Below are positions 58,312 through 64,000 of a stretch of 64,000 bases of DNA, piece by piece. This stretch comes from Candidatus Bathyarchaeia archaeon (GTDB taxonomy: Archaea > Thermoproteota > Bathyarchaeia > 40CM-2-53-6): contig DASYWW010000046.1 in assembly GCA_035935655.1 (NCBI GenBank), forward strand, positions 90,709 through 154,708, given 5' to 3'. Within the stretch, counting starts at the first letter, position 1. Each line of letters begins with the position of its first letter. The position numbers and the translations under genes are program-made. Below the pieces are notes generated by a model. That model was not told the DNA's origin. It ran no database searches and saw only the letters and a list, made by a program, of their open reading frames with translations.

Positions 58312-59690
58312 GGTATCCCCTTGAACGACTGCTCCCTAAGCTCCGCGTCCATCATCGATCTTCCAATATCCCCGCGCAACCGTCTAACATCACGCATTCC
58401 CATAGCGCTGAGAATCTCGATCAACTGATCATGCCAGACACCGAAGAGATTCACAAGACGCTGAGCACCCCACTCTGGATCAATTTTTCTTGGTTTCAAC
58501 TGACAGTCTGCCCTATCCCGGGTCTCCCCCTTGAACTCCGCTTGGAGAGCGACGAGAGTAGTTGTGTCAATACCGACAAGATCCGCGCCGCAGATAATCG
58601 CCTTCGGAACATGCTCCGCCAAAGTTATCCCTCCACTCGCGATAATCGTGACTTGGTCCCGCAATCTCTCCTTCACCAACCGCTGATGGACCTCCTTCAG
58701 AGATTGGGAGATGTGCTTCGGCTCCTTCGAGTAATCCTGGCCATGATAATCAGCATACAGATGCAAGCCGTGCACTCCCTCCCGTGCTAGCTTGCACGCT
58801 TGATCTCCCGTGTCCTCTCGGAGAGGCAATCGAGCAATAACAATGGAGCGTGAAAGCCCGCTAGCCAGCTTATCGAACAAATCCGACTTCTCAGCATCAT
58901 ATTCCACTATTGATGAAGGGCTTTCGAGGACGTCCTGAACGCTCTCCTCGTCAACAACTGGTATGAGATTTCCGGGGCCGAAATCGAAAGCAGTTCTTTG
59001 TCTCGAGATATAGAACGTCCCGAGCTTCTCTGCCGCCATTCCAACCGCCGACCTAGCAGCCCTATCCCCTACAGGAAGCTTGTCGAAGATTATCGGAACA
59101 GGAATTTCTATTGTCCGAGAAGCCTGGTCGATCTTGGCAAAGTCGACACTGGTAGGTTTTCTGCCAATATCCACACTGGTCGAGATGTACTCCCGACCAT
59201 ACACGCCGTCCCTTGTGGGCCGAACAATCTCTGACATGTCCGTCCATATACCATCAAACCCCTCCCCACCAAACGCGCCCTTGTAACCCATCCCCTTCAC
59301 CGGAATCTTCCCAGTCGACGCCTCATTCCATATCGTGAACACGGCCTCAGGCGTCCAGAACGAATCACCCAGTCTCTTGTAACTTTCAGAATGTTTCACC
59401 GTCATAATGTGCGGATATTCCTGGACACACCTCATGCACCCAACACACTTGTGCTTCAAGGGCTTGAAACCGCCAAACCGTCCCCCGAAGACGCCGTAGA
59501 TGCACGGCCTACTCAGAACGACTTCCTTGTTGAGCTTGTACTCGAAAGCCTCATGCACAAGCATAGCCGCAAGCCGCACTTTCTTCGCGCTCACGTCAAA
59601 CTTGTTCGGAATCTGATGCACATGCGGAGCAGGTTTCGTCTCTATCTTGAAACGCTCATAATTGGAGGGCTTGATAGTTTCATTTTCCAA
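58293..59690 (-). CDS. glutamate-synthase-related protein: ferredoxin-like motif plus a degenerate FMN barrel
   Basis: CVGCMRC, DMSEIVRPTRDG and IASGGI...KAIICGAD; lacks QGAKPG. Confidence 0.82.
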   Translation of the reverse strand: MENETIKPSNYERFKIETKPAPHVHQIPNKFDVSAKKVRLAAMLVHEAFEYKLNKEVVLSRPCIYGVFGGRFGGFKPLKHKCVGCMRCVQEYPHIMTVKHSESYKRLGDSFWTPEAVFTIWNEASTGKIPVKGMGYKGAFGGEGFDGIWTDMSEIVRPTRDGVYGREYISTSVDIGRKPTSVDFAKIDQASRTIEIPVPIIFDKLPVGDRAARSAVGMAAEKLGTFYISRQRTAFDFGPGNLIPVVDEESVQDVLESPSSIVEYDAEKSDLFDKLASGLSRSIVIARLPLREDTGDQACKLAREGVHGLHLYADYHGQDYSKEPKHISQSLKEVHQRLVKERLRDQVTIIASGGITLAEHVPKAIICGADLVGIDTTTLVALQAEFKGETRDRADCQLKPRKIDPEWGAQRLVNLFGVWHDQLIEILSAMGMRDVRRLRGDIGRSMMDAELREQSFKGIPWATKS

Positions 59691-59827
59691 GTACCATGCC
59701 CTCTACAAACGCACAGGAAGAGGGGAATTTGTCGAACAAATATAAGTTCTCTGCGAGTCGGACCGAACGTTCGTCCAGAAATTCCGCTGGTCGGAAATCC
59801 CCCCGAATATAAGGACACCAAGGCATT

Positions 59828-60622
59828 ATGATCAGGCGGAAAATGGTTGCAAGAAGTCCGGACGAGTTCGAGAGACTGATTGCAGAAGCACAATCACAGA
59901 AATTCTCGGGATGGGATTTCTCGTGGCTCAGAAACCGGCTCGTCGAAGAAACCCCGCCCTGGAATTACAAACGGCAGGTAGCAAAGGAATTTCCCAAGAT
60001 CAAGTCTCTTCTCGACTTGGGAACCGGGGGTGGCGAACTTCTTTCTTCCCTTGGACAACTTCCTAGCCGAACCTTCGCTACAGAAGGATACTCGCCGAAC
60101 TCGGTCATCGCAAGGGACAGGCTGAAACCGCTACGCGTCGACGTGATACGGACATACTCTGAAGACAATACGAATAGACCCCAAGTGGGCGCGTTGCCCT
60201 TTCGCACTGAATCATTGGACATGATAATCGACCGGCATGAATCTTTTGTCCCTAGCGAAGTCTACAGAGTTCTGAAGAGGGGCGGGATCTTTTTGACGCA
60301 GCAGGCAGGATCTTCAAACTATCCTGAACTAAACGAATTTCTAGGTGCTTCGAACGTCGAAGCACTTTGGGACCTGCGGGTGGCTAGGCAACAGATAAGC
60401 GAGGCAGGTCTCCGTGTGACCGCTGGACGAGAAGCCCGACTTAATTCACGTTTCAGAGACGTAGGTGCGGTAATCTTCTTCTTATTGGCTGTTCCATGGC
60501 AGCTTGAAGGGTTCGTTGTAGGTCGCTACTTGGACAAGCTCAGAGAGTTGCATGGATTGATCGTTCGAACCGGAAGCTTTCGGGTTACAGCTCGAAGATT
60601 CTATCTCAGGTGCGTGAAATAA
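59828..60622 (+). CDS. class I SAM-dependent methyltransferase
   Basis: FSGWDFS, LLDLGTGGGE and RVLKRGGIFLTQQ. Confidence 0.9.
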   Translation: MIRRKMVARSPDEFERLIAEAQSQKFSGWDFSWLRNRLVEETPPWNYKRQVAKEFPKIKSLLDLGTGGGELLSSLGQLPSRTFATEGYSPNSVIARDRLKPLRVDVIRTYSEDNTNRPQVGALPFRTESLDMIIDRHESFVPSEVYRVLKRGGIFLTQQAGSSNYPELNEFLGASNVEALWDLRVARQQISEAGLRVTAGREARLNSRFRDVGAVIFFLLAVPWQLEGFVVGRYLDKLRELHGLIVRTGSFRVTARRFYLRCVK

Positions 60623-60727
60623 TAGGCGTACTTAGCTTGGGTACCTAGCGGTGACCTATGGTCTCAGTTTACAGTAACGTGAGCCTTTAGGCAGAACCGT
60701 TTTCCTTCCATTTCGCTAAGCAATGCC

Positions 60728-62014
60728 ATGGACGGTCGCTCTTCGGCTTCTTCCGCGGGAACAGTGAGCGAGGTGCTTCGCCGGAGGATCCCAGCCATCC
60801 TAGCCGTCTTGCTCCTAGTCCTTTCTGCAGTAAGCCAGCTCTTACCCGCACATGCGGCTGCAACCTTGGCGATCAATCCAACCAGAACGCAGGAGGGCAG
60901 CTCGTCAGGGGTGACCCTAGTCTTAACCGTCAGAGGCGTTGTTGGAGGGCAGAGCTACAGCGACTATTGGGCTGTCAGTGATCCTTCAGGGAAGAACTAT
61001 ACCATAGCCACGACAAGTGTCGCTTCGCCCTCAGGCAACTATACTCTCAACGAGGTCTACCCTCGCGACTTCGGGGTGGGAGCGGGAATCACCTACGTCG
61101 GCCAATATTCAGTAGCCATCTTCCAGACAGCGCCTACCATTTCACTCCTAGGAACTGGACAATTCGGAATAGGGATCACGGACAAACTTCTCTACCAGCG
61201 TACACAACTGGTCTCCATCAAAGCCACCGGATACAAAGCCAGTGAGACAGTAACGCTCTACATAACCAAAGGAGGAATCGCCGCTCCCGGATACCCCATT
61301 CGTGTCCCGGCAGACGCGAGCGGCAACGTCATCACAAGCTGGCTAACGACCGCCAGAACACTGACCGGCAACTACACAGTCTCCCTCAACGGGGCGACTA
61401 CAGGCGCCAAGAACCCTCCTGACTCACAATGGTTCATCATTCTCCCCGCGAGCCTAGACCTCTCCCCCATTGCCGCAGCCAATTCAGCTAACTCTCTATC
61501 AGTCTCGACCTCGGTCACTCAGCCTGACGGATCAAACTTCATCCGAGGAAACGTCACTGGTCAATTCTCCCTCTCAGGGACCGAAATTGGAACCCCGATA
61601 AAGCTGCTCTACGACCAGGTGCGAGGCAAATGGACAGGAAACTACACCGTTCAGAGCACTGATCCAGAAGGAGCATGGACCCTACAGGTCACCGCCATCG
61701 ATCCCTACGGAAACAACGGCCAGGGCTCAACCTCTCTCTACGTCATCCCTCCTCCCGCGCCTGCTCCCCGGCCACCCCCGGAGAATCAGCTCGCAAGCCT
61801 CTGGTTCCTCACAGTCATAACAATGATCGCGGCAAGCGCGCTGATCGGTTTCGTATTTCTGAGACGAAAAAGAATGCTCCCACCACATCTGCAGGTTGAC
61901 ATGGAGGCAGTTGACGTCGAAGCCTCACGATTCATGGACCAGGACTTCTTCAAGTCAATTCAGGAACAGCTCGCGAAGAACAAAGACCCTCTGGAAGGAG
62001 AGAAGCATGGTTAG
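60728..62014 (+). CDS. cell-surface Ig-like repeat protein with a C-terminal TM helix and cytoplasmic tail
   Basis: signal peptide (AHA), Thr/Gly-rich beta domains, Pro linker, TM helix followed by RRKR, and a ~45-aa tail. Confidence 0.8.
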   Translation: MDGRSSASSAGTVSEVLRRRIPAILAVLLLVLSAVSQLLPAHAAATLAINPTRTQEGSSSGVTLVLTVRGVVGGQSYSDYWAVSDPSGKNYTIATTSVASPSGNYTLNEVYPRDFGVGAGITYVGQYSVAIFQTAPTISLLGTGQFGIGITDKLLYQRTQLVSIKATGYKASETVTLYITKGGIAAPGYPIRVPADASGNVITSWLTTARTLTGNYTVSLNGATTGAKNPPDSQWFIILPASLDLSPIAAANSANSLSVSTSVTQPDGSNFIRGNVTGQFSLSGTEIGTPIKLLYDQVRGKWTGNYTVQSTDPEGAWTLQVTAIDPYGNNGQGSTSLYVIPPPAPAPRPPPENQLASLWFLTVITMIAASALIGFVFLRRKRMLPPHLQVDMEAVDVEASRFMDQDFFKSIQEQLAKNKDPLEGEKHG

Positions 62015-62774
62015 GAGCATCGCCGTCCACTCGTTCAAGGGCGGAACAGGGAAAACTACCATAACCGCAAACCTAGCGGTCGCACTCGTCTCGCATGGAA
62101 AAAATGTCGGCGTAATGGACATGGATCTCGAAGGGCCGGGATTGCATGTTCTCTTCAACGTAGACCCCGAACAGATCCCGCACACCCTCAACGACGTTCT
62201 ACTGGACAAGGCCCGAGCGGAAGAAGCCGCAGTGCCGATGAACGATCGGCTCGGCCTCAAGGGCCAGGGGAAGCTCTACTTCAGCCCGGCCAGCACAAAA
62301 ATCGAGGAAATGTTGAAGACTCTTCGAACAGGGTTCGAAGTCGAATCCTTCTCGAAAGCTGTCTCAAAACTCCAGGACCAGTTCGAGCTTGACTATCTTC
62401 TCATCGACACTCACCCTGGACTGGAGAACGACACACTTCTCGCAATGGGCGTTTGTAATCATCTACTCATCGTCTCAAGACTCGACCACCAGGACATATT
62501 CGGAACCGGCGTACTGGTCAAGGTTGCCAGTAACCTAGGAAAATCCACCCATCTGATTGTCAACATGATACCTGCAGGCTTGAAAAGCTTCCAAGCATCG
62601 AAGCTGGCAAACGGCATCGGAGACCAGTTCAACGTACCTGTAGTAGGCTGGCTCCCATTCTCCGACGAGGTTCAAAGGTCTCTAAGCAGATCAGTGTTCA
62701 TCCTATCCGAGCGAAGACACTCGATGACAGCTAAGTTTCAGGAGCTAGCGAGACAAGTGGAGCAGTTCAGCTAG
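62007..62774 (+). CDS. MinD/ParA-family ATPase
   Basis: deviant Walker A KGGTGKT, DMD and YLLIDTHPG. Confidence 0.92.
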   Translation: MVRSIAVHSFKGGTGKTTITANLAVALVSHGKNVGVMDMDLEGPGLHVLFNVDPEQIPHTLNDVLLDKARAEEAAVPMNDRLGLKGQGKLYFSPASTKIEEMLKTLRTGFEVESFSKAVSKLQDQFELDYLLIDTHPGLENDTLLAMGVCNHLLIVSRLDHQDIFGTGVLVKVASNLGKSTHLIVNMIPAGLKSFQASKLANGIGDQFNVPVVGWLPFSDEVQRSLSRSVFILSERRHSMTAKFQELARQVEQFS

Positions 62775-62784
62775 GAGAATCACC

Positions 62785-63366
62785 ATGTCCGGGTCAACAG
62801 ATCGTTTCGCGGCCAATGGTATTCGTCGGCTGGTTGGTTCGTTAAACTCCATCAGATTCAAGGATGAAATCGGTGAAGTCGAGTATTTTGGGCAGAAGGT
62901 CGTTATGCTCCGCAGGGACGCCTTCTCTTTGATGCGCAAAGAAATGATGCGTATCAGCGGCAACTCAGCGAACATTATCCTCGGAATAGCGGGCCGCCGC
63001 GTGGGAACCGAGGAAGGCAAGGCTCTCTTGTCGAAGGCCCAGGCCCTCGGATTGAAGACTCCTCAGGCCATGCCAGAATTCGTACGAGTAGCGGTGGAAG
63101 AGACAAACATGGGCTTCGGAAAGATTCAGGTCGACGAGTTGAACCTAGAATCCGGACAAGCAAGTGTGTCCATCGCTAACAGCTTCGAATCAGAGCCCGT
63201 TGCTAGTTCCCCGAGGCCCGCGTGTATCTTCACTCTGAGCTACCTTGAAGGAATATTCTCCCAGTTGATCGCGAGAGATGTTAGAGGAAGGGAGGTAGAC
63301 TGTAGAGCTAAAGGCGACAAGCTATGCCGATTTATCCTCCTGCCGGAACCCAGTCCCGGATCCTAG
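62785..63366 (+). CDS. V4R-domain protein
   Basis: GFGKI...NSFE...C.F..SYLEGIFS...EVDCRAKGDKLCRF. Confidence 0.9.
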   Translation: MSGSTDRFAANGIRRLVGSLNSIRFKDEIGEVEYFGQKVVMLRRDAFSLMRKEMMRISGNSANIILGIAGRRVGTEEGKALLSKAQALGLKTPQAMPEFVRVAVEETNMGFGKIQVDELNLESGQASVSIANSFESEPVASSPRPACIFTLSYLEGIFSQLIARDVRGREVDCRAKGDKLCRFILLPEPSPGS

Positions 63367-63556
63367 GACGACCCGACGGCTCACTGCGAAGCACTGATGA
63401 GAGCTGTACCGGTTAACATTGGTAAACTTGGGTTTGGACCCATGGGTTTTGGCCTGACTTGAACCAAGCGGTTGTCCAGAAGAATTACGATATCAAAGTA
63501 TGAGTCTTAAACTCCTGGCATCCCCCGACAATCCATGTTCTACATCGGTGTTCGAA

Positions 63557-63575
63557 AATATCGAGTTTCGATATT
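63557..63575. promoter_or_regulatory. palindromic operator-like site AATATCGA-N3-TCGATATT
   Basis: perfect 8-bp arms ~80 bp upstream of ATG 63653, flanked by TTCGAA motifs. Confidence 0.45.
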
Positions 63576-63652
63576 ATCTAGTTTCGAAATTCTCGACGCT
63601 AGAGACTTTCCTTATCTTCCCATATCTGTCAACCGGTGTTTTGAAGAAAAAA

Positions 63653-64000
63653 ATGGTCAATGACAAGACAATCAAGATAGCCAGCGTCTTACTCCTACTT
63701 TCCGTCTCTGCCCTCGCGGTCATGGCTTTAGGCGTCAGAGCAACACTAGCCTGTGTTCCTGTCTCTACAAGCAGGGGCCCGCTCACAACCGCTGCAATGG
63801 ATTAGACTACCGGAACAATCGACGCAACCAATTGTGATATCGGCGATTACATCACCAGCAGCATTAGCGTCTCCGGATTGACCGTTCATGACGCGAACCA
63901 GTACGGCATCTTCGTCGACTCAGGAGGACTAGTACCATCTGCAATAACGGTCTCAATTTCGTCAGCGATAATCTACAACATTGGCGCCCACACAACGCTC
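63653..64000 (+). pseudogene. secreted beta-helix-like protein interrupted by an in-frame TAG (63803-63805); runs off the window
   Basis: signal peptide, then the frame stays open after the TAG: TTGTIDATNCDIG...LTVHDANQYGIFVD. Confidence 0.7.

Noticed and set aside
59700..59827. NrpR nitrogen operator upstream of the glutamate synthase operon
   Set aside because: No GGAA-N6-TTCC match; only an imperfect palindrome at 59761-59777 of unknown meaning.
21588..63366. A eukaryote-like trafficking system built from the YIP1 pair, the alpha-solenoid-Ig protein and V4R
   Set aside because: The genes are scattered, each family is widespread in prokaryotes, and nothing in the sequence links them.
36333..63805. 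Genome-wide TAG reassignment, suggested by in-frame TAGs in the VOC and beta-helix genes
   Set aside because: Conserved genes (sod, nreA right after its PIP box, tldD) end at TAG where expected, and the VOC gene has additional frameshifts.

Overview
This is a gene-dense archaeal window. CarS, RadB, NreA with a PIP box, a Clp1-type kinase, a PAC2 chaperone and frequent TTG/GTG starts support that call; a TACK/Bathyarchaeia-like origin is my inference only. Housekeeping blocks (metB/C, tldD-pmbA, carS-radB-clp1, PAC2, sod, PiT phosphate transport, a split glutamate synthase operon) alternate with accessory single genes and pseudogenes. I saw no rRNA, tRNA, CRISPR array, integrase or transposase. 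Five observations stand out. (1) Two loci share one architecture: an intact gene, then a convergent cargo gene, then a diverged leftover copy of the intact gene's own 3' end. These are sod with a free-standing LAGLIDADG ORF, and an HTH_10 regulator with a cupin gene; this suggests gene capture by 3'-end replacement. (2) A ~190-bp non-coding element occurs twice (13778-13970 and, inverted, 26429-26612), with conserved blocks separated by variable spacers. (3) A 1136-aa secreted metzincin-like protein carries a (GCRIxCDI)x5 cysteine repeat. (4) An operon couples an Ig-like surface protein, a MinD-type ATPase and a V4R protein. (5) Several micro-ORFs and non-canonical starts are missing from the ORF track. 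All family calls come from motif recognition by eye; no database searches were run.
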